The notes below the pieces were generated by a model, which was given only the letters and a program-made list of their open reading frames with translations, searched no databases and had not been told where the DNA came from. A stretch of DNA of 64,000 nt. Source: Balamuthia mandrillaris. Its lineage: Eukaryota. Position numbers and translations under genes: made by a program. Each line of letters starts with the position of its first letter. Position 1 is the stretch's first letter. Shown here one piece after another: positions 11,668-24,155 of the stretch. Where the stretch lies: the NCBI GenBank assembly GCA_031835245.2, contig JAVKOQ020000033.1:62001-126000 (forward strand). The letters are read 5' to 3'.

Positions 11668-14600
11668 TCACCTCCTTAGGCTTGCCAATGTCCATAAAGT
11701 TCGGCCACGCACGGCCGCCACGAGCTTCATAAGAGGGAACCAAGGCCCCACTCCGTATCCAATGCTTGTCGGCGTGGTTGGTGATTCTCTCTTTCTTTTG
11801 GTTCCTTTCTTCTTCTTGTTCTTTGCATGATTGTCATCCTCGGCTTCTTCGTTGCTCTCATCATCCTCGTTGCTGTCTGTTGCCTCGGAAGCTAGCCGAA
11901 CGTATTGACAGCACAGCTCCACCATCTTCTCAGCTCCGCCTTCATTCTTGTCCTCTTTTTCTTTGGCCTTTTCCAAGAAGAACTCCTCCAACTTTTTGCA
12001 AAACTCTTTGAATCCGTTCTCTGCTTTCTTCCTGCTCTCTTCTTCCTTTTTCCTATTTTTCTTACTTTTTTCTTCTTCGTCCTGTTCTTCTTCCTCCTCT
12101 TCTTCCTCTGCTTCTTCGTTTGAAGTTGCCAAAACGTTGAATGCCATTCTTGCACAGTTGAGCCATCCTTCGATGCCGCTGTAAAAGTTGGCATGAGGAT
12201 GAGTGCTTATAGCGTCAGGCTTGTCACGATCCTCCTCTTTGGCCTTCTTCTCCTCGTGTTCTTGCTCCTCGCCTTTGTTGTTGTTGTGCCAGAGAAAGTC
12301 GCCGTTGACGGGAGGTTCCGGCGGATTGGCTCTTGCTTCCTCTTCAAGGCTTGCCTGTAATGCCTTTAAGAATTCGTTGCTGTTGCGCTTCTCAAAGAGA
12401 CGTTTGAGGTCGGAGGTTTTGATGAAACGGAGGAACAGGGCGTCCAACACGACGGCCAGCTGCTTTTGTAAGACCTCTTCAGCTTTGTTGATAACATACT
12501 GCGGCCGCTTGTAACACAACAATTGTTGACTGTGTGAAGGAGCATCACCAATGACTGTAGGAACAAAAAAAAAACAAAGAAAAAACTGATTAAAACAAAA
12601 TACGAAGAACAATAGAAAGAAAGGAAATGCACACTGTTTTGACGAATGAAAGCACTGCTGGGATGTTGCTCAATCTCGTTGATGACTTCATCGTAGAGCT
12701 GATGGTTGAGCAGGATGATGGAACGCAGGTCCACATTCTGAGGATCGATGGAGGCCATCACGCGTTCCCTTATCTGTTCGTGTTGTGCCGGATTGGCACG
12801 TGCCAGGAAGGACTTGTAGCTCTTGATCGTTCGTAAACGTTCAAACTCTTGATAGCGTTTCGTCAACTCCACTTCTTTCAGATCGCCTTCAAAGGAAAGA
12901 TAACCGCTTGGGTCCTGTTTTGTGGCAATAATGTCGTAATATTATAAGTAAAGGTGCTAAAGAAAGAAAGAACTTATAACGAATGAAGGTACCAAAGTGG
13001 TTGCAGTCTCGGTCCATCGTTTGCATTGAGCGACGGTCATGTGGGGAAAGAAAATGCTGCAGGCTTGAGTCCAAAGACCAAAGATTGCTTTGTCCACCTC
13101 GCAGCGAGCGTTGTTCACTAACTCGGTATCATCGTCCACTACAATAAGAGAACAAATATTAGTACATTGTCAAGTGCAGAGAGAGAGAGAGAGAGAGAGC
13201 GCGCGTACGAAAATTGTTTTGGTAGAGATCGGTGATGAAGTGAAGGAGGGTGAAGACTGGAGTCCACCATGCGTCTCCATCCTTTATCTTTGATTCGTCG
13301 AGTAATGTCTCACCACGCTTAAAATAATGATCCAAGTGGTCGCGCATACCGTCCACCTCTCTGGCGATAGTATTAACGGCCTCCATCAGTGCCGCCCAAT
13401 CACTTTGCTGTTTATCGGTGCGGAAGGCGAAAATGGCCCGATTGGCGGCCAAGCATTGATTCTGAATCTTCACTGCAAGAGACTCTGCATAGTTGCGAAG
13501 CTCTCCCAATCCTCCACCAGAGTCTGAAGAATGTACGGATGAGGAACATGAATGATAAGAAAGAGAAAGAGTATTACCTTGTTTGGAGTACTGGCGTTCG
13601 TCCGAACCAATGAGTAAGGTCTCATAGCCTCCTTCTACATGGCTTGCCATGTTCATTGCAAAAGGAAGTTGAGGATAATTCTGTGACGGATGCTGATAAT
13701 GTGGATGAGGAAGATGATGGGGCATCGGGAAATGAGGGTGAGCGGCGGTAGTAGTTGTAGGAGAACCATCGGAGGAGTATTGGCTGTGATGGTGGTTGTC
13801 ATGTGGGTTGAAGGTAAGGGGCTGATGTGGATGGTAGGATGGTGGTGAACCTGGTTGGGGCTGGTGGTATTGTGGAGGCGAGTGTGCCTTAAGATAAATA
13901 CAATGAGTATTTGAGAGAGAGAGAGAGAGAGAGAGAGGAGAGGGAGAGAGCCAGAGAGAGAGAGAGGGAGAGAGAAAGAGAGGGAGAGAGAAGCGTACCT
14001 CGTTGGGTGAATCGGTATTGTTGCTGTTAGAAGACGTGGTAGAGTTTGAGGTAGCGGAGGACGAGGCGCTTTGAAAGGTGTATGCATTGCCTGATTTTCT
14101 GGCAATTTTCTTTTCCTTGGCTCTCTTATTCTGGAACCAAACCTGGACTTGTCTTGGCGTCATCATCAGCTCGAGGCTCAGCCTATGACGAACCTCTCTA
14201 GCGGGCGTAGGCGAAATGGAGAATTCCTTCTCCAACACTTCCAATTGTTCCGGGGTTGTTCTTTGTCTCTTCCGCTTTCCGCCATCTCCTTTCTTGGATT
14301 TAGAAACAGCGGAGATGATCGACGATGAAGGAGAGGAAGAAGCGGGGGAAGATGCTCCAGGAGCCAAGTGAGGGATCCCATGTTCGGCAGCTTGCAGGAG
14401 CTGCATTTGATGATGGTGGGGATGATGTGGATGGTGCGAGTGAGGATGTTGCGGTTGAGCCATGCCACGATCGTAGGCATGCGGGTGCATACCGGTGTGA
14501 TGATGCATAAAGTCAGGAGAGAATTGAGGAGGCATGGGTGCTCCTGCGCTGCCACCGTAAGGATGGACATGATGTGGTTGTTGGTGGGGATGAGCCATGA

Positions 14601-15186
14601 AGCCAGGATAGTAATACATCACTTGGCCGCCACCTTGTTGATCCACACCACCGCCCATTGATGCGTTTGTGAGAGAAGGTAGCCAGGCAGAGGCAGCAAC
14701 GGACTGATGATGGTCCGCCATACTGTGTTGAGACTGCGGGAGGTGATGTCCAGTGAGGTGGTGAGGAGGGAGCATGTGATCAGGGTGATGGTAACCATAG
14801 CCAGTGGAATGAAAGTCACCACCAGAGGTGCCATCCGCAACGTTGGAAGCAGAGGATCCATCTCCGGTGAAGGAACCGCCTTGTGCGTGTTGATGTTGGT
14901 TGTGTTGGTGGTCCTGTCCGGCGTCATGGTCTTGACTGCTTCCATCGTGTCCGGCCATTGGGGGAGAGGAGGCACGATGATGGGAAAGCTGATGAGGGTG
15001 ATGGTACCGTGAATCCAGCATCACTCCCTTGGAATGTTGGTCGTGATGCTGATGCTGTTGATGGTGGTGAGCATGATGGTGTTGAGGATGGTGCGCGTGG
15101 TGGTCGCTGAGCCTGGCGGTTACCTCTTCGTCCTCCTCAGAGTGTGCACCATCCGGCACCCCCATTCCGAGTTCCTCCAAGTCCAT
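11668..15186 (-). CDS. Homeodomain transcription factor with His-rich N-terminus and a long C-terminal helical domain (about 6 exons)
   Basis: Homeodomain KRKRQRTTPEQLEVLEKEFSISPTPAREVRHRLSLELMMTPRQVQVWFQNKRAKEKK at about 14100-14277. Downstream exons join in frame through GT-AG introns to the stop at 11668. Confidence 0.85.
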
Positions 15187-16279
15187 GCTTCGCGATCAAA
15201 AAAAAAAATAATAAGATGAACTTTTATCATCTTAGTTAGCAAAATGCGAAAAAAAATTTACGACACGATAGACGTGAAGAGAGAAAAAAAACATTTTGGG
15301 GAGGAAGTTGACATGAAAGAAAGGAGGACATTGTAAAAAGGTTGAGAGAGAGAGAGAGAGAGAGAGAGAAATAGAGAGGAAGGCGCCCGAAGAGGGACGG
15401 AGAAGGAGAGAGAAGTGGGAATGAGGGAGAGGAAGATAGGAGAAGAGAGGCGAAAAATAATAATAAAATAAATAATAGAATAAATAAGGGGTTCATGAAA
15501 GAAAGACAATGAGATAAAATAAACATAAATTGGGGGGGCCCAAAGGCCAACAACGAAAAGGGCCACATGAAGCAAGTATGAAAAAAAAAATTAAACAAGC
15601 TAAATAAACAATAAAACCATGCTTACATTACCTACTTTATGCGCGACTATGAATGAAACTACCGCCTTGTTTGCACTTTCTTCCCTAACTTTTTTTTTGA
15701 ACTTTGGTCACTAGGCTAATAAATAAAAGCAACCGAAATAAAAAAACCACTCTCTTAAAAAATAAAACTTACCCCACTACTGCCCCCGTAATTTGGTGGT
15801 GGTGGTCTCCCTCTTCGTTCCTTTCACTCTTGTCCCACCGGCCTTGTTATTCCCTTTCCCCAAAAGGACCGCTTTCACAAAGTAAGTAACGGTTGAACTG
15901 GGTTCGGTTTTTTCTCGAGTTCACTTGTTTGACAGGCTTGACAGGCGGCTGTCACTTTATGTCCTTATGTCTTTTTTTTTTTGCAGCTTTTCTGTTGCCA
16001 CGAAAAAAAAAAGACGTTAGACTCCCCCCGCCCCGCCTTATTATTTTTTTTCTTGCTAGCGGAAAAAAAAAAAGCCATACCCCATATGCCTACGCAGGAA
16101 AATAGCAGACCGCCGGCATCGCAGAAAAAAAAATATTCGGAGTTGACAGGTGGTGGCGGATTGGCAGATATCCAAATGAATTAAAAGTGTACATTAATGA
16201 ATTAAAATATTCTTAGCATGCCGCACATTCTTGTTCGATTTCGCGTCGACATATCACCACGTCGACGCGAAAATCGTGT

Positions 16280-16859
16280 TCATGCGCCTTGGAACTCGGC
16301 TTCAATGGCTTCAAGGGCCTCGCTGGCGAGTTCGTTCCAGTCGAAGCAATCATCATCGTTCTGTTTGAGTTGAGAAGCAAAGCGTTAGTCTAGCCCAAAC
16401 GAAAATAACAATAACATCCACACGCACCAAAAAGGCTCTTTCGAATTGTGCATAGTCCAGAGTGCCGCTTTTGTCGGTGTCGGCCTTGGCAAAGTATTTG
16501 TTGATGATGTGCTGCAGCTTGGATTGGCCTAGCTCTGCTTGCACTTGGGCTTCTGCGGCCTCGAACCATACCGCGTTTTCCTCATCCTCCGAAGCTTTCT
16601 ATAAACGCAAAAAAAAGTTTGGATGAGCAGTTGAAGTCCCTCTGTTAGCACGTAAAACAACCAAAAGAAAGGAATGCGCGTAGACCTTTTCTTGCTTTAT
16701 GGCTCTCACCATTGCTAGCATAACTGACTGGACCACAACGAATATGTCTTGCGGCGATACGAAGCCATCTCCATCCACGTCAAACAACTTCCATCGAACT
16801 GTGCCAAAGGGACAAGATGAAGCAAGCAGTTGGAAAAAGAGTGGTTCAAGTTAAAAGCA

Positions 16860-16892
<33 letters not shown>

Positions 16893-17518
16893 GAGAGAGA
16901 GAGAGAGGAGAGCGCAGAGCAGCAGAATGAGAGAAGAGAACGACGAAGAGAAGAACGATGAAGAGAGAGAGAGGGAGCCTATGTGCGAAGAGATAAGAAG
17001 CGGAAGAAAGCAATACACTACATTTGATTTGGTCAGAAGGATCGCTGCTAAACATCCATACGATGCCTTCGGCAAACTGCTTCATGGTCAGCAAGCCGTC
17101 TCCTTCCTCATCCATAACGCCAAAACATCTTTCAAGAAAATATTGGTTTTGAATAATCTATATTTTATGTACAAAAGAAGTTTGGTTGAAGAAGATTAAC
17201 AAAAGAAAAGAAAGAAAGGATGCTTCACTCGGCATAAGAGAAAAAAAGATTACCACTTGAGCTCTTTCGGCTTCTGGATCTTCAAAGAGGAGCGGCAGCA
17301 CCTTCAAGAAGCCTGCTTTGTCGATCCTACCATCCGGGGTGGCAATGCTCTTAAACTGGAGAAGAGCTTGCTCGATCTCTTCTTCATCAAACACTTTTTT
17401 TGTTTTTTTTTTAACTTAATCCAACGGAAGGGGCAATACAAAATAACATAAAAAAAACCACACCTTGAGTTTCTTCGATGACCGGAATGAAGCTTCGCTC
17501 TTCCTCTGTGAGAGACAT
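16280..17518 (-). CDS. EF-hand Ca2+-binding protein, calcineurin-B/NCS-like (multi-exon)
   Basis: EF-hand loops DEEGDGLLTMKQF, DVDGDGFVSPQDI and DTDKSGTLDYAQF. Starts MSLTEEERSFIPVIEETQ and ends ...AEFQGA*. Confidence 0.85.
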
Positions 17519-17633
17519 TCTACTTCTTCCTCCTTTCAACTTCTTTCGTTGCTTTGTTGTGGAATGAAAAAAAAAGCACGTTTTTTTTTTGCTATATTAG
17601 TGGTTGCCTATAATAAAGGCGGCTGTGCGTCTC

Positions 17634-18401
17634 TTATTCTGTTTTGAAGTGTACAGCAAGGAGTTGGATGAGTTGGCGCACGAAAGCTAGTTGTTGTGGC
17701 AGAGGGATGGCCTCGAAGGGAGGAACGTGCACAAAGAGTGAAGAGGAGCATCGATCCAAAGATGAAAAGTGTAAAGAATGATAACTGAAAAAAAAACATA
17801 AAGGTCAGAATGAACGACAAGAGAGAGAGGAGAGAGAAGCAAGACAAAATCAAGCAACACAAGAACGAAGAAATTAAGAAGAGGAATAAGAAGAGAAAGA
17901 ACAAGAACACAAAAAAGAATATTAAGAAGAGCGAGATAACAAGAAGAATAATGCATACTAGATCCAATTACAAACAAAGCGGCCAGGGTCCTCAGAAATC
18001 TGCACATCAAAGTCGAGCTGCTTCAACTGCTCTTGAATGGTATAAACAGGAATATCGGTGGTTTGGTAATGCTCTGTACTTCCATGCTCAGGATAGATGG
18101 GCTGATGGCATGGCCGCCATTCACGTTCGTCGCAACACCTAAAATGAGCCTCTGGAAAGGGATGTAAAGTTATAACTTCTGGGAGAGGAGGATAAAGGAG
18201 AGAGGACAGAGGAGAGAGGAGAGAAGAGAGAGCAGAGAGCAGAGTGGAGAGAGGAGAGAGGAGAGGGAGAGAGAGAGAGAGGAGAGAGGGAGAGGGGAGG
18301 AGAGAGGGAGAGGAGAGAGGGAGGGAGAGAGGAGAGAGGAGAGGGAGAGGGAGAGAGGGGAGAGGGGAGTGAGAAAGAAAGACGAGAGGGAAGAGAGCAG
18401 A

Positions 18402-18437
<36 letters not shown>

Positions 18438-18825
18438 CATCTAGAGATAGCAGGAGCAGGAGGAGAGGGAACAAGAGGAGTAAGTAGCACAACACACCAT
18501 TCCAGGCGACTCGTTCCAGTTTAAAGTCGTTTTGTGAGCAGGCAACTCCCAGGTGAAGCCAAACAACAGAGGTGCGCTCTTGCTCCGAAGGGGTGAGCCT
18601 GTTCTTCCGGAGATGCAACTCGCTCAGGCTGCACAAGGAACCAACGCCGGAGGTTTCCAACACCGTCATGGACTTTATCTCCGCGGCTGTCTCGGTCAAC
18701 GGATTCTCTTCCAGGTAGCGCGGCAGTTCCTGAATGATGCACGTGGTGGGGTTGCTAGCGACACCTTGGAATTTGCCAAAGCCGGTCACATGGAAGATGA
18801 CTTTCTTCTTCGTTGCTTCTTCCAT
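17634..18825 (-). CDS. PGPEP1: Pyroglutamyl-peptidase I (peptidase C15; 3 exons)
   Basis: VTGFGKFQGVASNPT, WLHLGV, FKLERVAWN, catalytic Cys in SEDPGRFVCN and His in LFVHVPPF. Confidence 0.92.
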
Positions 18826-19127
18826 TCTTTTTTTTCGTTTTCTGTCGAGAGTTAACGTGTCGACGCGGAAAAAGCATATGCAAATATTGTCGACATGAAA
18901 TGTTTACTTGTCGACGACGTCGACAGTAATAAGCAAACTTCGTCTGAGGGGTATTCTGTAACAACTTCGATAACTTTTCTTTCGGGAAGAAAAGAAAGCC
19001 AAGAAAGAAAGGGATTCGATTCGGATTGCTGTCACACTTTTTCCTTGCAGGTGCCACTTGCAAGCGAGCGAGCGAGCTGAACAGACAAACTTAAAAAAAG
19101 TTTTTGCAATAGAAAGAAAAATCCACA

Positions 19128-20878
19128 ATGGACTTTTTGTCCAAGAAAAGCTGGCATCCCAAGCGCTTGCAGAATGTGGAGAAAGTGTGGAAGGCGGAGC
19201 AGGAGGCGGCCGCGGAGCAGAAGAAGCTGAAGGAGCTGCAACGCAAGCTGCAGGAGGAGAGGCAGATTGAGGAACTCAGACGTTTGCAGTATGCTTCTGG
19301 CAATAGCTCCAAGTACGTTTCGTTCTCGCGTTTCTCCTTCTTCTCTCTCTCCTTCTCTCTTGCACTTTCTCTCTCACACTTTGCGTCTTTTCTCTTTCGT
19401 CTCTTCTCACTAACCAAAATCTTTTTGTGCTGTTGCTTCGCTACTGTAGACCTAGACAGCAGCGTTTGGAATGGATGTATGAGGGCGATATCGCGGCCAA
19501 ACAAACCACCTCCGAAGAATACCTGCAAGGCAAGAAATTCGAGGAGAAAGATGAAGACGCCGAAGCCGTCAAAGTACGTTTTCTTTGTTCTTCTTCTTCT
19601 TCGTCCTTCTTAATTCTTCATTTTTCTTCTTCTTCGCTCTATTTGAACGTACTGACCTATTAAAAAACCATACAGAACAAATCGTTAGGCAAGTTTCAAA
19701 ACAAGGAACTGAGCGTGGAGCAAGACACGTGGTCAAAGCTACGAGAGGACCCGCTGCTCGCCATTCAACAGCAGGAGCGGAAGAAGCTGGAGTTCATCAA
19801 ACAAAACCCTGTACAAATGGCTCAGATAAAGGCACAACTCTATTTGATGGAGAAACAGAGAAAAGACGCCAAGAAGGAGAAGAAAAGAAAGAAACGAGAG
19901 AAGAAAGAGAAAAAGAAGAAGAAGGAAAAGCGGGCAATGAATGGCGAAGATGATTCGGAAGACAGAAAAGAGCACAGAAAACGAGCTAAACATCACCATC
20001 ACAGCAGCGATGACGAGGTGAAAAGAGAAACGGAGAACGGGCATGGGGATGTAGTTAAAACAGAGAAAGGAGATGAAGAGAGGAAGAGGAGAGATAGTAG
20101 TAACGGACGCCACAGAGAATACGAAAAGAACGGAGAGGTCTCCGTAAAACGAGAAAGAGAGAGCAGAGACAGAGACAGAGACAGAGACAGAGACAGAGAC
20201 AGAGACAGAGACAGAGACAGAGACAGAGACAGAGACAGGCATCGCAGCAGCGATCGCAAGAGAAGAAGCTCTGAGAAAGACAGCACGAGGCATCGAGACC
20301 GCGAATACAACCGCTACGTCGATAAACAAATCAAACAAGAGAAGGATGACGAAGAGGAAGCTCCCACATCTCCAAAGAATGGGGAACAACAATCAGAGGG
20401 CATTTGCTATGGAGGCATTGGAAAGAGCAAAGCCAAAGAAGGCATTCGTAAATACGGTTTGGTTTATCCGAAAGGCAAAGAACCTCCTCTGTCTTCTTCC
20501 TCCGATGGCAACAGCAAGAAAGATGAACCAGCCGACTTTTTGGAAATAAGGAGAAGAATGGCCATAGAGAAAGACCTTGAACGGCGAAAGCAAGAAGAAG
20601 AGGTAGCACGAACGAGAAGAGAAAGGATAGCCAGAGAGAAGGCTTTGCGGGGCCTCAGCGCAGAGGAAAAACGCAAGCGCTTGGAGCAAATGCAAAAAGC
20701 TGCAGAGGAGAACGAACGTGCGAGAGCGGAACGTCTGGAACAGCACAAGAAGGAATTGGAGGAAAAGGAGACGCGTTATAAGAAAGACTTGGAGAGCGGC
20801 ACTGCTGATTTTGACCTGCCTAGTTTTCTTAAGTACGCTTACTTTCCTCTATCTCTCTTTTTAACTCTCTTTATCTCT

Positions 20879-20921
<43 letters not shown>

Positions 20922-21086
20922 CTCATTCTCCAAGAGCCCTATTCTAACCAACTCTTCTCAAACAGCAAAATCAAGAAGGAAGCATTCACCGGGTCCTCTG
21001 TTGGCAATCTGGAAGATCGGCTCAGCAGAAACAAACACTTTGTTCGCAGAGATAATCTGGATGAGGCGGATACCTTCCGCAAGTAG
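19128..21086 (+). CDS. CWC25: Pre-mRNA splicing factor CWC25 (4 exons)
   Basis: MDFLSKKSWHPKRLQNVEKVWKAEQ, RLEWMYEG, EEYLQGK, DTWSKLREDPLLAI and C-terminal LEDRLSRNKH. Confidence 0.93.
20165..20237 (+). repeat. Coding (GAGACA)n hexamer encoding an (RD)n dipeptide repeat in CWC25
   Basis: About 12 tandem GAGACA units in frame within the large CWC25 exon. Confidence 0.9.
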
Positions 21087-21403
21087 TGCTCTATTAAGCG
21101 AACAAAGGAGGCCTCTTCCTCGAATATACTTTTTTTAAAAAAGTTCCAAGTTTGGCCTTTACATCGTCATATCCAGTATGCCTCTGTATACGGGTGTGAC
21201 ACAGCACAAGGTGGACAAAAGTATTGAGAGGGGCCATGCACTTTCCCACCGAGACAAAGGGGAATAGCGTGATGTAACTTGTTTTTTTTTTGTCCACCCT
21301 GCGGGCTTACCGTTCCAAACAATCATTCTTGTCAGAAAAGAAAGCAGAAGGAGGAGAAGACGAAGCAAGAAGATCAGGCCCTAGAGGCACTATAGTGTCA
21401 CGT

Positions 21404-21513
21404 TTCTTCTTCTTCTTCTTCTTCTTCTTCTTCTTCTTCTTCTTCTGCTTCTTCTTGTTCTTCTTCTTCTTCTTCTTGTTCTTCTTCTTCTTCTTCTTCT
21501 TCTTCTTCTTCTT
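21404..21513. repeat. Intergenic (CTT)n microsatellite
   Basis: Near-pure TTC/CTT tract between CWC25 and the Nudix gene. Confidence 0.95.
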
Positions 21514-21988
21514 CCCTTTGCTTCCCTCCCGTTCCCGTTTCTTGCAAAGATAAGCTTAACAAGTTTCTTTTCTTTCTTTTAAAAAAATAAATAAAGTTAA
21601 TACCACCGCGTTCTTCTCCGTGTTGCCGACTGTACCCGCTAATCTTCCCTCGATTTGCATGCAACATTGTGCGTCATGTTGCCCTGGTTCAAGGGACACT
21701 GAAAGCCATATGCCACGTCATCTGACTAGTTTTGAGCCTAGACTGACATACGTCACGTCCTATTGTATTACTTGGGACAAGGCTCTTTTTTGTCCAAGCC
21801 TGTGAGATAACCTGGTTTTTACTCGCTTTTTATCGGTGTTTCTAATTTCCCCCGTTTCAGCCCTGGTCTAAGTATCAGTTTCTCTAAAACCCTATCTGCA
21901 TTCCGGCTACATCCTTTTCACTTGTGCCTGGGGGAAAGGCAAAATTGTGTCCACTTAGGGAAAAAAATACCGGTAAAGAAGGAGAAAG

Positions 21989-23051
21989 ATGGAGAAGAAA
22001 GGAGCAGCCGACAAACACGAAGAGTTGATTGACGTCTTGACCAAAGAGGGAACACCCACCGGAGAGGTCAAGACCAGGAAGGATATCCATGAGCAAGGCT
22101 TATGGCATAGAATAGGTATGTTTTCATCATGTTATGTTTGTTCGCCGAAAGTTGATTAGCATTGTTTCTCTCTTGTTCTTGTTCTTCTTCTTCTTCTTCT
22201 TTTTCTTCTTTTCTTCTTCTTCTCTTAAGTTCATGTGTGGTGTGTGGATGCACAAAGCGGAGAGCTCATCCTTCAACAGAGAGCTGCTGACAAGATGACC
22301 AACCCGAACAAATGGGACGTGTCTGCCGCCGGTCATGTCGGCCACGGCGAGAGCTCCCTTGCCACTGGTTTCTTTTTCTTCTATCTTTGTCTTTTTGTTT
22401 TTGTGTTTGTTTCCGTCAAACTGTAACCCACCAAACTTCTGCTCTCTTCTTGTTCTTCTCCTTGTTCTTGTGTCCCTTCGCTCCACACAAACAGCCCAAA
22501 TAGAGTTGAAGGAGGAGTTGGGCTTGGTGGTGCCTCCAGAGCAGTTCCGTTTTCTTGGCTCAACGCCCTGTTCCGTCACTTACCACAACGGTTGGTTGCG
22601 CCATTCATTTTCAACCATTCACTTTTTTTTCGTTAGCTCACCACTTCTCTCTCTTCTCTTTCTCTTCTCTTCTCTTCTCTCTTCTCTCTCTCTCTCTCTC
22701 TCTCTGCTTTTCATTTTGGGGGAAACACAAGGGACTTATATTGATAACGAGTGGCAAGACCTCTATCTGGTAGAATTGAACGAGCACGTTCCCATATCTG
22801 CCCTTACTTTGCAAAAGGAAGAAGTAGCCGGTACTCTTTTTACTTTCTTTCGCGCTTTCTTCCTCTGCTTCTCCTCCTCCTGCTTATGTCTTCTCCGCTC
22901 TCTCGTTCATTGTTCTATTTGCACAACAATAGGAGCCAAGTACTTGCATTACAAAGAAGTGGAACGACACTATGCGGAAGGGGACGAGGCCTTTGTGCCA
23001 CACAACGACATAGAACCTCTCTTTGCTGCTCTCCATCAACGCTTCCCTTGA
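21989..23051 (+). CDS. Nudix hydrolase, IDI-like/plant NUDT3-like (5 exons)
   Basis: EELIDVLTKEGTPTGEVKTRKDIHEQGLWHRIVHVW, LILQQRAADK..PNKWDVSAAGHVGHGES...AQIELKEELGL (Nudix box) and LTLQKEEV. Confidence 0.9.
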
Positions 23052-23054
23052 AGG

Positions 23055-23087
<33 letters not shown>

Positions 23088-23223
23088 CAAGGAGAACTTA
23101 GAACCAGTTTCAATACTTGAAACAAACTATTAAAAATATCCAAAAGTACAAAAATAAAAAATCTTAAACAAAAAGAAAGAGAAAAAGAAAAAGGTCTCCA
23201 GAATAAGCGAAAAAGAAGAGATA

Positions 23224-24110
23224 TCACTTGATGTCCACGCGACCAGCGTTTCGTGGTTCCACTTTGAGAGAGAGGGCGTAGAGCTTCTTGTCGTCGGCGG
23301 TCGGCAGGGCCGCCAAAAAGTTCTGCACGCTCTCCACTTTCTCCAGGTTGTAGGGAGTCTTTTGGAAGCGAGTCACCGTGGTGATGACGTTGTGCACCAG
23401 TTTGTGTTTTTGAAAGTTGATGAGCTTGCCCACCTTGTTGCGGTTGCCGTCCTCGATGAATGTCAAGTCTTGCAAACATACTCCGCTGTTTTGTTGTGGT
23501 TTTTTTTAATAAAATATAAATAAACATTTTTAAAGGAGACAAGAAAGGAAAAGAGCAAACAAGATAATGAGACGTACACATAGGGAATGGCAGGAGGAGA
23601 GGTGGCCGCAAGGAGCGTTCGGTAGTGCTTGAAGGAGCTCTCCATGGAGGTCAGCTGCTCCAGTTGCTCCAATGAGTTCTTGGCGGTCTTGGCCAACTTG
23701 GCCTTTGTCCATTTGAGTCGCAGCACGGCGCTGTTGCTGAAGCCTGCCATGAAGGCCTGCAACAAGTGGAAGTTATTCAGCTCTTTCAGCTCTTCGGCAA
23801 TGCGGATGAACTTATTGAAGACTTTCACTCGTTCTCGAATTTTCTAGATTTAATTTTTGAAAATAAAAGTTAGAAAAAACGGAATAACAAGAGCGAGAAG
23901 AGAGAAGAGACTATAGAAAGAGTCTAAGAAACCTTTTGCTGCAACAATTCGGTGGCGACGGCCCTTGACACAAAGTTGAAGTACTCGATCAGAGCCATCA
24001 GATTTGGGGCCAGGTGTTGGGTGCTGGGCTTGCTCCATGGTTGACCAAAGAACTCACTCGGCTAAAAACCATTACGAATCAGACAACAGAAAAAAAAAAA
24101 GGAGGAGACT

Positions 24111-24155
<45 letters not shown>

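Noticed and set aside
19011..19022. GAATCGAATCCC on the minus strand as a second B-box
   Set aside because: Two mismatches at the most conserved positions.
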